A DNA stretch of 37,373 nt from Vermamoeba vermiformis (lineage: Eukaryota): NCBI GenBank assembly GCA_045837725.1, contig JBEWZL010000088.1, positions 1-37,373 on the forward strand, read 5' to 3'. A program made the position numbers and the translations under genes. Positions within the stretch are counted from its first letter, which is position 1, and each line of letters begins with the position of its first letter. Shown here in pieces: positions 1 through 12,979 of the stretch. Below the pieces are notes generated by a model. The model was not told the origin of the DNA and did no database searches. It saw only the letters and a list, made by a program, of their open reading frames with translations.

Positions 1-2021
1 TTTTAGCCTTTATTCAGGCGAAAAAATCTTGTTAGTGGCTATTTGCGTGCCAACTCATTGAAACCACCGAAAGAACGTAAAAAGTGCGTAAAATTGCCTT
101 ATTTGGTAATTATATTAATGCCTTGCGTCTCAGATCCAAAGATTTCTCACTCGAAAAATTTTGCGCCAAGCGTCTCAATGTAGTATCAAGGTATGACTAT
201 AATATTGATACTATATACATTCTTAATACTAATGCTTATTAGAGAGCCAAAGATTATCGAATTAGAAAATGTTGAAGTCAAGATCCCAGATCTGCACAAC
301 AAGCGAATTCAAGTCTTGGTCACGTGTTATGAAGTCAAGCACAGACGGCGCATCGATGAAGCCACAAAGAAGCTGCGGCCTGTAAGTTATTTGTGTCATA
401 TACAGCCTAATCTAATGTATTCTAGTGGATGCTCGAGTTCACCAAGTTGCCGCAAGAGCAGTGGTCTCAGTCCAATGATTTCGGTGTCAAATTCGGGCCC
501 ATTTTAGTCGATACAATGGCCATACATTGCGCGTAAGTACCAACAAACGATATGATATAACGAGTTATTAACTGATAAAACAAAATTTTCACAGTCCGTA
601 CTTGATTTCGACGAATTACTGCGTAGTATTTCAAGCGATAACTTACGCGACCAATGACAAACGATTCCAAAACTTCAAAATCAAAGCCAAGGACAAGGTT
701 GAACTGCCGTACAATGCGCAGTACTCGTCGTTAGAGTTCGTGCACGAAGATATCATCAACATGAGCACGCGTCAAATGTGTGACTTGTACTCGGAGTACT
801 TGGACTTGATCGAGGACGGCAAGTTGATGCCCGATGCAGAGTACAGGCTAGGCACGAATGGATTTCCAAATATGGATCAGAAACCTGTGGACACCGTGTT
901 CAAGATGAGAAGTTACAAGGCCAAGGGTGCAGAACTTATCGCAGACAATGACGCCAATATGACATTTGAAGACGTGCAGCCACCTCGCAAACGACCTTAT
1001 TTGGCTAAAAGATATTTCACGGAGGATCCAAAGTACTACGAGTCGCAGGAACTGATTCCGAAACTCCGAAGTCTCGCGACTATACTGCCCATAGAATATC
1101 AGTTTAGGTACTAGTATTGATCGCGTATAATGTACTCGGCTAACACTATGTAATGACAGGTACTCGATCAAGACAGGCATCAGTGACGTGTTCACAGATC
1201 GTGTCAAAGTGGAGACCAAACAAAATTTCAAATGTCCAGTCTGTTTGATGAACTGGTACCAGTTACAGCCGTTATTACTGCACTTAATTACCACGCATTT
1301 GGAACTTGAAGTCACGTGGGAAAAACGAATCAAACACACGCAGATTAATGTGTCGGTCGATCGACGAGCGATGTTTGGCGTGCGTTACGCGCTGCCGACC
1401 GGTCAAAGTGAATTTTACAAGTTTGATCGCACGAGATACCCGCAATATGAAGTGTTGAATCATAATTTAGAAGTGATATATGCGAAGAAAAAGAAGAACA
1501 AAGAGAAAAGAAAAGTTGTTTTGTCGTCTGACGGTCGTGCTCAAAAATATCGGTCACAAACATTAGAGCCCATTCCTACGCATCAATTGGATTATGACAG
1601 TGAAGATGAAGAGAATATTGATCGGACTTGGATGAAGGAGGATAATGAGCAGGTACACTTATTGCTTTATTTGGTAAAAGATATCTAACTTCCAATTTTT
1701 TCACAGAGAATCAATGATTTTGCTGATTTTTACCCGGACGAACGAAAATTTTTGATTTTGTGGAACAATTATGTCATTGATCATCCGTAAGTGCAGTTAA
1801 TATTTTTTTCTACCGTTCTAACGCAACGTAGAATTCGAGCCGATCGCGATGTCAAACACGCGGTCAAAAAATTTGCAACAGATCATCGGAACGAGCTCCG
1901 CGAAACTGAAAGTTTGTATCACTTGTTCATGATGTACTTGGATCACATGTGGGAGTTGAAATTAGTGTCCGCAGAGGACATTATTGACTGTGCTGAGAAT
2001 GTGTTTCAACCTGAGGCATAA
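1..2021 (+). CDS. SUZ12: SUZ12/EMF2/VRN2-like Polycomb repressive complex 2 subunit (C2H2 zinc finger plus VEFS box); multi-exon, 5' end outside the window
   Basis: Zinc finger FKCPVCLMNWYQLQPLLLHLITTH. Spliced C-terminus YDSEDEENIDRTWMKEDNEQ/RINDFADFYPDERKFLILWNNYVIDHP/IRADRDVKHAVKKF...LFMMYLDHMWELKLVSAEDIIDC follows the VEFS-box pattern (DSEDE..., F.D....EK.F..LWN, ..AD, ..W...L). GT-AG introns join the ORF pieces; stop at 2019-2021. Confidence 0.8.
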
Positions 2022-2120
2022 TAATAGTGTTATTATGGCTTGTACATTACAAATGTAAATTTTGATTTTGGGGTCGACGTTTAATATTATTTACAAATAA
2101 GGAAATTTCGAGTTTTTTTG

Positions 2121-4393
2121 TTATTTTCGTTTGTTGCGCTTATTTGCAGCATTCATTTCGCTCTGCGCTTTGGTCTTAGCGATCTTTGCGGCTTGTCGCT
2201 GAGTTTTCTTTTGTCGCGCACGTTCCATCGGGTCACGTGGTCTAGCATTGGCAATCATCGGCCCAAAGTTCTGATAGAAGGTCTGTCTGAACTGTTGGAA
2301 CTGCGCCTGTTTGATGGTCTCCTCGTCCTCGCTGCTGTCATCATCGCTCTCGTCCTCGCTGTCGTCGTCGAGGGGCGGGGGAGTCGTGTAAAGTCCGCTG
2401 AGCACGGGGTAGCCCAGTCCCAACACCGCGTCCAAAAAACTTTGAATGCCGAGGTAATTCCACTGCGGGGTCATGGTGAGTGGCATCAGATGGCGTTCAA
2501 TTTCAAACGAGACAATGAACGTGATCGCGTGTTTGAGCACAATGAGCCACAACTTGGGCCGTTCTTTGCTCTGGATCCACTGCAAGCGGAACTCGCGCGA
2601 CATGAAAATGCTGCCCACGGTCAAGTGCAACAAGAACGTGGAGAGAGTCTCGACGTGCACCCATTTGTACGGGAACACGAGGTCGATGAGCACTGAGGGC
2701 ACTGAGCGCAGCACCAAATAGAGCCAGAACGCTTTGGTCCTGCGTCCCCACAAGAACTCCAACATGAGCGCTGCGTGCACGAAAAATGACAGCAGCCATT
2801 CAATGTTGACACCGACCAGGGCTTTGAATATCCTAAAAAGGAAATACCGAGTGAGCAAATGATTTCCAAATAAGGCAAGTCTGAGAAATGAAATGACGCT
2901 TACCAAAAGATGGGCCAAAGCATTAGCGGAAAAACAGCTTCAATTCTAAAATGAATTTTTTCCGCAATGTTGTTGGCCACAGCTTCGAGCTTGAAAATGA
3001 ATTGTTGCAGCACCAACACGACATCGAGCACACGTGCTGAGCCTGATGGAATCACGTGACTGATGAAGCGATAGTACGCAGCCCATGCGTGGTGCAAGGT
3101 CAGTGCGCACGTGATGCAATGTGCCGCGATCAGACCGGGGTTGGTGGCATTGTTCCGCGCTTGTTCCGACAGCACTAAAAACACGGTGTTTTCGGGGACC
3201 GAGCGGAACATGAATTCGCAGATGACGAGCACGAGCCACAGCGCCACTGACACGTCAAATTGAATTTTCTAAATTAGGAAATTGTTAGTGAAAAAAAAGT
3301 ATACGCATATTTTTCACGGTATACTCACGAAGATATTTATGACCAGCACGGAGAATGTAATAAATGCAATATTTGCACCGCGGTACAGCACGGCATTAGG
3401 CGCGGCAAAGTACAGCACGAACAGTTCAAATATGAGCACATTGCACACGAACAGAATTAACGCGCCAATGCGAATATTTGACGGGTAGAAGCCGTGCAGG
3501 GCAAGGATTGGTCTAAAAATAATCGTTATTATTAATATTTCCTTATTTGGTAATTAATCAATATCCAACGAGAAAAACGTACTCTTTTTGAAATTTCAAC
3601 AAAACTGCAACTACACTCAGAGCACTCATGATCCACCTATATAATTAATATAGTATTAGTATAAGAACATACACTATATATATTATTAGACTACGTACCA
3701 ATCGAGATTGATGTTGAATAAATAATTACATGCGAGTACTGCCAGCCACATGCCTGCAAATACTGCCCACGTGGCTTTAACATTTTGATATCTATCGAAG
3801 ACTATTTGCGTGCGTGCTAACTATAGTGCATGAAAAAAACCTTGTTAGCCAAATAAGGAAAAAATAATTTCGATTGAAAAAATTATTTTTTTTGTATTAC
3901 ATATTAACGTACCCGTTCCTCTTCTTGCTGTCGCATGGCCTCCATATAAGACTGATACATGCGGAATAATTCTTCGTCGAGTTCTTCTTGCGCCTCTTCA
4001 GCGGCTGTTTTTCGACGAGGTTTTGGTGCCGTGCCTGAGGCATTAGGAGTAGGCTCTGGTGCAGGTTGTAATGCTTTGGATAATATTTGATAGGCCTCGT
4101 TGATTTTTTTAAACTAACAGGGCGCTATTAGTATTTAAATTGCAAAACCGCCAATTTTTAAAATAATTTGTAGTAATTTTATTTAATCGAATCGTCGCTT
4201 GGAAATTGTAAGACGCGTTTATACAGATATTTAGATTTTTTTTAAATACCTTTTCGAGCCCATCCGGATTCTTGTCAGGATGGTACTGAAGAGCCAATTT
4301 TTTGTAGCTTGCTTTGATCTCGGTGAGTTCAGCTCCTTCGCTAAGCTCTAGCACCTTATAGTGCTTCTTTAATGTAGTGTTCTTTTTGAGCAT
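2121..4393 (-). CDS. J-domain (DnaJ/Hsp40 class C) protein with a multi-pass membrane region and an acidic then basic C-terminal tail; multi-exon
   Basis: ATG at 4393. Exon 1 HYKVLELSEGAELTEIKASYKKLALQYHPDKNPDGLEK splices (intron 4249-4114) to FKKINEAYQILS, giving a complete J domain with HPD. Downstream minus-strand exons are hydrophobic and end DDDSEDESDDDSSEDEE...NKRNKRK*. Joining the J domain to the membrane exons as one gene is inferred from splice signals. Confidence 0.65.
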
Positions 4394-5791
4394 TATTGTG
4401 GTCTTTTGGTCATAAAGGAGCGCGACTAAATCCAACTCAAAAATTCAATTTGAATCCATATAAATAGATTTTAACACCCAATGTGGAGCTGCGCATACCA
4501 AGTTCGTACTCGACGTAGAGAACGTCTTTTCGCCTCTTGACAAGTGTCGGGATTTGCCCAAATCCCATCAGCTGGAAGTGAAACGAGGTATCGCCAGGTT
4601 ATTCTGTCCTGCCACTCTTTGCTCAATACCACAACTCAATGCAACATATTACACAATACATATCACAAGCGATAGACAAAAAACAACGGCTAAAATTTAG
4701 CGGATGTAGGCACGCGCCCAAGCAATTCAGGTAAGCGAAATTAAAACGTAGTTGTATAGTCTTGACTATATTACCATTAATACCAACTTCTCGTTGTGAA
4801 GTTTTGGTACGATTTGGTGATTTGCAAATAGCTTGCAAGGCACATCTCAGTTCACATGTCAATTCAATTTTTATAAGCGTATCTTCGATCTTCTCAATTA
4901 AATATGTGTCATATATGCAATCTTTATATCAACGTCCGTTTTTTAAAAATGGAATAAAACTACTGATTCGCTTTCTATTCATAAAAAAAAATTGTGCGCA
5001 ATCTGGATGTTGCGTGCACGAAAGGCCGCAAGAGATCATATGTATCAATTCAATAGAATATAGATGGTTTATTGGAATGACGATAATGATCGTTAAGATT
5101 TTTGTCGCTAGAAATAGAACGGTAAATCTAAGTGTTTTTCGTTTTGGCTGCATCCAGCGATACCAATCAATATCAAATGTACTATCAGCAATAATAATAC
5201 TTACGAAGCTACACGCACGCTCGACGTCGGCATAATTTTTCGGCAGAAGTTTCAATATCTTTTGTGTACGGTCAAAGTTGCGGATCTTTGGGAAAACGAA
5301 ATGCAGCTAACGGAGTCGCATAAAATGAACGTCATATACTTAATATGCTAGTATTGATATAGTTGATAACATTGACCCGCTGTTTCAACTTTTTTTGTCA
5401 AGATCTCCGAAAGTAGGTTAAAAAATCAACGGTATAAGCCTTGATATCACTCAATTAATGAAATTATAGCTCCTAATACCATTTCCATCGCGCCAATCTA
5501 TGAAATTATAAGCATTCCATTTAATGCAAGCAGAATCGCGGGATTTCACTTTTACGTACTTTGTGCGATCGGATCTAGTCCGAAAGAAAGCTTTCCAACT
5601 CACACTTTCACTAGTCAGCACCACGTATGTGTCGGTCAATGCCGCGTCGTGCAGTAAATCGACCACGTGATTTCCAAATATGGAAAAACAACCGTGAAAA
5701 TACTAGCGGAGCAGCGTTGCTATTTTTTTTGAATGTTTTTTTAGTAAGGTTGCTTGACCACGAGGCCCGACTTTGTTAATATAGCACCAAT

Positions 5792-8700
5792 ATGTCTGCT
5801 AAAGCTATTAGAGAGATTGACGGCAAGCAGCTGCTTTCCAGGCACATTAAGTACGACAAGTTTGCTCCCAATCCGATCGTCTCGGTCACAAAGTCGACTT
5901 CCCTTCAAGAACTGGCTCGTCATAACCCCTTCTTGATGCGTGACCGCTTGGTCGTCAAGCCCGATCAACTTATCAAGCGCAGAGGCAAGCTCGGTCTGAT
6001 CAAAGTGAATGCCGATCTTAACGGCGTTGGCCAGTGGCTTGGAGGCATGATGGGCAAGGAAATTCAAGTAAGTAATTATAGAGGACCCGAAAAGTTGGTT
6101 CCTATTCAATTCTCTTAATTACCCGAAAGGAATCCTAACCAACTTCTCTGATCAACCGCCAAATCCAATTTTTTCTTTTTAATTCCATTCGATTTACTTA
6201 GAATTCATACTTTTACAATACCAATACCTTTTATGCGCAATTATCTACGGATATCAGCGCACAGTATCAATAAGAAGACATTTCAATGAGTTTCAGACCC
6301 ACGTGGTTTTAACCGCTCGATGATTGTGATTCGAACCAATAATAGCCCGTATTTTAGATAATATTTTTACTTATTTTAAGGCAGCCTAAGCGACGGTTTT
6401 CTTCAATAGATCTGGATCTTAGTACTAACGAATTTTTTGTAGGTCGGAAATGCCGTTGGAGTTTTGGACCATTTTATTATCGAGCCATTCATCGCTCACG
6501 AGCCTAGTGATGAGCACTACTTGTGTATTCGCTCGCGCAGAAACGGCGATGAAATTTTGTTTTGCGCAGATGGTGGCATTAACGTTGGAGATGTGGACGA
6601 GAAGGCCTTGCGATACTTGATTCCCGTCGGATACACTCCTACCAACAAAGACATCGAATTGGCACTGCTCCAATCCCTGCCCAAAGAACGCAGAAAAATT
6701 ATTTCTGGATTCGTCCGATCCCTCTTCGAAGTGTACCGCGACCTTTACTTTACTTATTTGGAAATCAATCCTATCGTCGTGGTCCGCGATCAAGTCCACA
6801 TCTTAGATCTTGCTGCTAAGATCGATGCTACTGCTTACTTCGATGCTGGCAAGAAGTGGGGTCCGATCGACTTCCCGCCGCCATTTGGTCGCGAACCTAG
6901 CCCTGAAGAACGTCGCATTGCCGAGCTGGATCAAGGTGGTGCTTCATTGAAATTAACTATCATCAATAAGCGCGGAAGAATTTGGACTATGGTTGCTGGA
7001 GGTGGTGCATCCGTTATTTACAGGTAAAAATCATCTCAATGCTTAAACAATACTATAATTCATTATATTTCTACCTATAATAATCTTTTAAGCCATATTC
7101 AAGCCATTAAATTGAACCCGGAGACTTTTTCAGACGTGTAGCGGCGTTGAACTTTCGTGCTGATTATTTCCTTTTTATAGTGATACTATTTGCGAGCTGG
7201 GAGGTGCTGATGAATTAGCTAATTATGGAGAGTACTCTGGAGCTCCTTCTAAGACTCAGACTTACGAATACGCCAAAATTATTTTGGATCTGATGACCAG
7301 ACAACATCATCCTGATGGCAAAGTGTTGCTTATTGGGTAAGTAATCATACAATACCATATAATATCGTTAATTAAATATCGACCTATTAATTTTTTGCCC
7401 ATTTTCAATGCCGTTACAAATTAGATCTGATCAGCATTTTCTAATTAATTTTCTCTTTTTTATAGAGGAGGCATTGCTAATTTTACAAATGTTGCTACTA
7501 CATTCGAAGGCATCGTGCAAGCTCTTCGCGAGTACCAACACAAGCTTATCGAACACAAAGTCAAGATCTACGTTCGCCGAGGAGGACCAAACTACCAAGA
7601 AGGCTTGCGTATTATGAAGAACCTTGGCATGACACTCGGCGTGCCTATTAAGGTCTACGGCCCCGAGACACACATGACTGCCATTGTCGGAATGGCCCTC
7701 GGCACTCGTCCCGAACCCGAGACAGATCCCGACTTCAGCAATCCTCTGTTGTCCCCGTTCAAGTTCAATGGCACTAACGGCACCGAGTCCAATGGTGCTG
7801 ATGTTCACGGCTTTGGCTTGGGCTCACCTCGCGTGAAAGTCAATGTGAAGATTGTTCCTCAGCCCGCGAGTGACGTGCCCTTCCAACCCTTGTTCACCAA
7901 GTCAACCAAGTCCATCGTGTTCGGACACCAGCCTCGTGCCATTCAAGGCATGTTGGACTTTGACTACTGCTGTGGCCGCACAGAGCCTAGCGTAAGTACC
8001 AACTCTTTAAAGCTTTTTTAATCCGTGCTAACCTCGTGTCAACACGCAGGTCTCGGCGATTGTCTATGCCTTTGGTGGCGGTCAATTCCAACGCTTCTAC
8101 TGGGGCCAACAAGAGATCCTGATCCCCGTGTACAAAGAACTTCGTCCTGCTACTCAAAGCCACCCTGAGGCTTCAGTGCTGATCAATTTTGCGTCATTCA
8201 GATCCGCTTTTGAAGTCACTTGCGGTGCACTTGAGTTCGGCAACTTCAAAGTTATTGCGATTATTGCGGAAGGTATCCCTGAGAATATGACTCGTGAGAT
8301 GATTCGTCGTGCTAACGAGCGTAATGTCTGCATTATTGGTCCTGCCACCGTAAGTCAAAAAAACTCGATCTGGATCTACAACTTTTACTTATTATTTCTT
8401 AATAGGTCGGTGGTATTAGACCTGGCTGCTTCCGAATTGGTAATACAGGAGGCATGCTCGACAACATTCTCTCGTCTAAGTTGTACCGCGAAGGCAGCGT
8501 CGCTTATGTCAGCAGATCTGGCGGCATGTCCAACGAACTCAACAACATCGTGTCGCGTACTACCAACGGTGTCTACGAAGGCATTGCTATTGGTGGTGAC
8601 AGATACCCTGGCACTACGTTCATGGACCATATTATGCGCTTCCAAGCCGACCCCAACGTCAAGATGATCATGTTGCTCGGTGAAGTCGGAGGTGTCGAAG

Positions 8701-10093
8701 AATACGATGGTAAGAGCATACTAGGCACCTTTAATAATAACTACTAACACCCGTGTTCGATAGTCTGCAAGGCTCTTCGCAGCGGTCGCATCACGAAGCC
8801 ACTGATCGCATGGTGCATCGGTACTTGCGGTGAAATGTTCTCGAGTGAAGTTCAATTCGGTCACGCTGGCAGCATTGCTAACGGCAACGACGAGACATCT
8901 ACTGCCAAGAACCGAGCGCTCGCTGAAGCTGGTGCTATTGTACCTCGCAACTTCGACGAGTTAGGCGATGTCTTGCACGCTGTTTACACCGAGCTTGTCA
9001 AGCACCGCGTGATCATTCCTCAGCCTGAGCCTGAAATCCCTAACGTGCCCCTCGACTACGCTTGGGCCAAGGAGTTGGGCCTCGTTCGCAAGCCCGCCAA
9101 CATTGTCTCGACCATCAGTGATGAGCGTGGTGAAGAGCTGTTGTACAACGGTGTGCCCATCAGTCAAGTGCTCGAAGAAGAGCTCGGCATTGGTGGAGTG
9201 ATTGGCTTGTTGTGGTTCAAGAAGAGATTGCCTAGTTATGCCTGCAAGTTCATCGAGACTTGTTTGGTCACTGTTGGTGATCACGGTCCGGTACGTGCTT
9301 GACGACACTTAATCTTTTGATAGCCCAATCATAACTAATATTCACTTGCAGGCCGTCGCTGGTGCTCACAACACTATTGTCACTGCTCGTGCTGGCAAAG
9401 ATTTGATTTCCTCACTCGTCTCTGGTCTGCTCACAATTGTACGTTTGACATTGGTTCACTGAACCACGTATTCATGAACAAGAACTAATCACTTCGAACC
9501 AATAGGGTGACAGATTCGGTGGTGCCTTGGACGGGGCAGCCAAACAGTTCTCTGAGGCCTATGACAAGGGCCTCTCGCCTGAAGAGTTCGTGACTTCCAT
9601 GGCCAAGCAACGCAAGCTGATTATGGGCATTGGTCACGCAGTCAAATCGATTGACAACCCTGATCAACGTGTGGTCTTGATCAAGAACTTTGCCAAGTAA
9701 GAAAAAACTCGGAAGCATTGCTTTTGGGGTCGTGAAAAAAATGGGATATTTATTAATTTCTTCCTTTTTAGGAATAACTTCCCTAAGACGCCGCTGTTAG
9801 ATTTCGCCCTCGAAGTTGAAAAAATCACGACAGTGAAGAAATCTTCGCTGATTTTGAACGTGGACGGCTGCATTGCCGTGTGCTTCGTGGACTTGTTGAA
9901 ACATTGCGGCGCTTTCACGGAAGAAGAAGCGACAGATTACATTAACAACGGCACTATGAACGCTATTTTTGTGCTGGGCCGATCGATCGGTTTCATCGGT
10001 CATTTCTTGGATCAAAAGCGATTGAAGCAAGGATTGTACCGACACCCGTGGGACGATATTTCTTACGCCGAAGTCCCCAGATCTCACTTGTAA
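5792..10093 (+). CDS. ACLY: ATP-citrate lyase, single-chain form (beta-like, alpha-like and citryl-CoA lyase domains); multi-exon
   Basis: [100 protein letters not shown], phospho-His motif [48 protein letters not shown]. Confidence 0.97.
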
Positions 10094-10311
10094 CCTCAAC
10101 TTTATTTCATTTATTATTGCATTTAATTAATTCAGTTGTAGGTATGATAGTAGCATTTAAAAATAATTTGTCGACAAAAACCTACATCCAACACTCGATT
10201 TAAAAACAAAAATAAAGTGTACTTTGCGAAGAATACTGGATTGGAATAGATCTTATTTTTGGATAATATTATCAGCATAATAGGATGCCTACAGTTATTT
10301 ATGGATTGGCT

Positions 10312-11456
10312 TCAATCGGTACAGATCTGCATTGGTTCTCCGTCCACCAACAATGCTCTGTTCTCTTTGTAGATTGGATCAGTTGGATAAGCTGTCATAT
10401 CCCTATAATACCATATTAGAAGTAATTTACAATTATTGGTGAGATCCAATTCCGTACCGGAAAAATGTCAAAGTCGGTGGCAATGGCACTACTGTTGGCT
10501 TTTTCGCAGTAACACCATTCCATAGTCTATATAATATGACATTAATATCTACGAATAACAATACAATTAGCCGGATCTTACTTCAAAATTTCTTGTTCGA
10601 TTAAAGGCACTTCTTTTTGTAGCGAAGGAGGCAGTTCATGCGTTTGATAGGCCAGTGATAAATGGAAGTGTTTATCACCGTAAGGTAGCTTGGCTAATTT
10701 AGCAGCTTCTATAATAAGAGACTGTTAATAACCGAATTTTAGAAGTGAGATCTCGATCGGATCCTTTTTACCTTGTCTAAAATCGGCTATTCCTGGAGTT
10801 AAACAGCTCACTAATATGCTTGGTGAGCACACTTTAATGCCGCTGAATTTAAATTCGAATTTTGACGGCCGAGTTTTTTCTTTTGCCATCAAAGGTCTGA
10901 ATAAAAGAATTAGTTGACATGCTAGCGAATTATTGCAAACACTTACCTTGTTCTTTTTATCATCTCTGCCTCGCATTCATTAAAAGGAACTTTAAACTGG
11001 CAATTGAATAAATTTAGTTACTAAATCTCGAAAAAAGAACGTTATTTTGCATACCCCGATATCGCTCGGCCATTTATTCCTCATTCTTACTGCGTCGCAG
11101 ATAAGATCGAATATAGTGATATGAAAGCTACTGGGAGGAAGCATGGCGAAGAAAGATCCAATCTTGCTATTTTTGATTATTTCTTGTGTATCGCAACACG
11201 CTTTAAACCACTCAGGATGATCCTCAGGGGTGATGAATGATATTATAGTGCTACCATGAAACTGCTTGTAAGTGCCGTCTTCGTTTAATTTGGCTGGGAA
11301 AAGTCGTTTCAATCCAGATCTGATCAAATAAATCAGTAAATATTGAATAAATACAACAAAAATGTAACTTAAAATTTAAATGAGGCAAAAGCCTCGAAGA
11401 TGAATACGGATCACCTACTTGTCAACGTTTTTATTAACCGATTTCAGATCTGCCAT
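10312..11456 (-). CDS. 2H phosphoesterase, DUF1868-like; multi-exon
   Basis: N-terminal KLNEDGTYKQFHGSTIISF. First motif LPPSSFHITIFD and second motif HFHLSLAYQ (about 10650-10675) form the paired HxT/HxS signature. C-terminal PTLTFFRDMTAY. ATG at 11456 and TGA at 10312-10314 after splicing. Confidence 0.8.
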
Positions 11457-11623
11457 TGTTGTCAGCGTTGTTGATTGTATTAGATGATTGATCTGTGTTG
11501 TAACGGTATTTTTATATGCGATTTCTTTCCAATAATCACGCACGTGCACTTCGTCGCTCCCACAAAAACTCGCGAAAAGTTGCAGAAACAGCGATCGATC
11601 TAACAAAGTATATTTTTATTTGC

Positions 11624-12979
11624 TTAATAGCCAGTAGGTGCACTAGTTTTAGCGTCTGATTTAAAAATAGCCACGCCAGCTGAAGTGCCTAATCGGGAAG
11701 CTCCGTTCTTGATGAGCAACACCGCGTCAGAATGTGTCTTGATGCCACCACTGGCCTTCACCAACGCTTGATCACCGACTGTCAACTTCATCAATCGTAC
11801 GTCCTCGACCTTTGCACCTCCATAGCCAAAGCCTATATTAATACAACAATTACTAAATGACGACCAAGTCCCAAAAGTGTGACAGATCCAACTGCGTGTC
11901 AAAAATTTCTCGTAAGAATTACAAATGCAGTCATATTAAGGTAGCGCATTATTGTTTAATAATATGTTATTTTAACTGTATAGGGCCCTTTGGGTCGATA
12001 TCAGATCCGTACCTGTGGATGTCTTAACGTAGTGAGCCTGAGCGAGGACCGAGAGAATAGAGGCATCAACAATCTCCTCTTTACTCAATGCACCGCACTC
12101 CAAGATGACTTTGAGCAGCGTGTCGGGCTTGAGCTGTTGCACCACGCCACGAATGTCCGACAACACGTGCACGTAGTCACCGTCCTTTAACTGACCGACA
12201 TTGATCACCATGTCAATTTCATTGGCCCCGGCATCTATAAGCTCTTTCTAGTCGAGTAGTAGTGTTAGTATATTGTACTTGAGTAGTGAAGTGATGACAA
12301 GGTGCGGATCTGCACTCACTGTTTCAAAGCCCTTGGCAGCACGTGTCATTGCGCCTAACGGGAATCCAATCACTACTGCGACCTTAAATATGAATGCAAT
12401 ATTAATATGTGTGATATAATATTAAATAGCGGTAGTATTACCTTGACGCCTGATTGTTGGACATGACGAACAGCTTCAAATCTGGATCCGTTGACACAAA
12501 TCGCGAAAAATCTGAAAAAATCGATTATTATTAATAAATATAATATAAATTAATACGAGCAATTGTCGTACTTATTTTCAATGGCTTCGTTGCAGAGTTT
12601 CTGCAGATCTGTTAATTTGGCTTCAGGCTTCAATACAGTGTGATCAACAGCCCAAGCAAGGTTGTCATATACGTGGCTTTCAATGTTCTTCGTGAGGCTG
12701 AAGGAGATCCAAAGAATATTAATTTTCATGAACGAACAAAATATCTATTAACTCGAGCAATATTTAACGCTATGAATATGACTAGCCATAATTTATATTT
12801 TGATGAGTATTTTAAAAATAGTTTCGATTGACTTACTCGAAAGGCAAGTCAGATTTCAAGTGCGGCAACACATTCAAAATTTCTTCTTTAGTCGTTTGTC
12901 TGCCGCCTGCTGTTAGCTTCTCCGCGACATAATTAACTCTGTTAAGTATAAATTGATGCAATTCTTTATCGCTGCTCAT
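11624..12979 (-). CDS. deoC: Deoxyribose-phosphate aldolase (DERA), bacterial DeoC type-1-like, with an N-terminal extension of about 60 aa; multi-exon
   Basis: Spliced motifs AVDHTVLKPEA, AICVN, VAVVIGFPLGA, GANEIDMVINVG, LKVILECGAL, Schiff-base Lys in YVKTSTG/FGYGGA, VKASGGIKT, GASRLGTSAG. Confidence 0.95.

Noticed and set aside
2118-2721. Plus-strand ORFs of 192 and 82 aa
   Set aside because: Antisense shadows of the last exon of the minus-strand membrane gene.
4623-5666. ORFs of 71-157 aa on both strands
   Set aside because: No recognisable motif and no consistent spliced model, so they were not called as CDS.
5741-10099. Several minus-strand ORFs across ACLY
   Set aside because: Antisense shadows caused by biased codon usage in a conserved gene.
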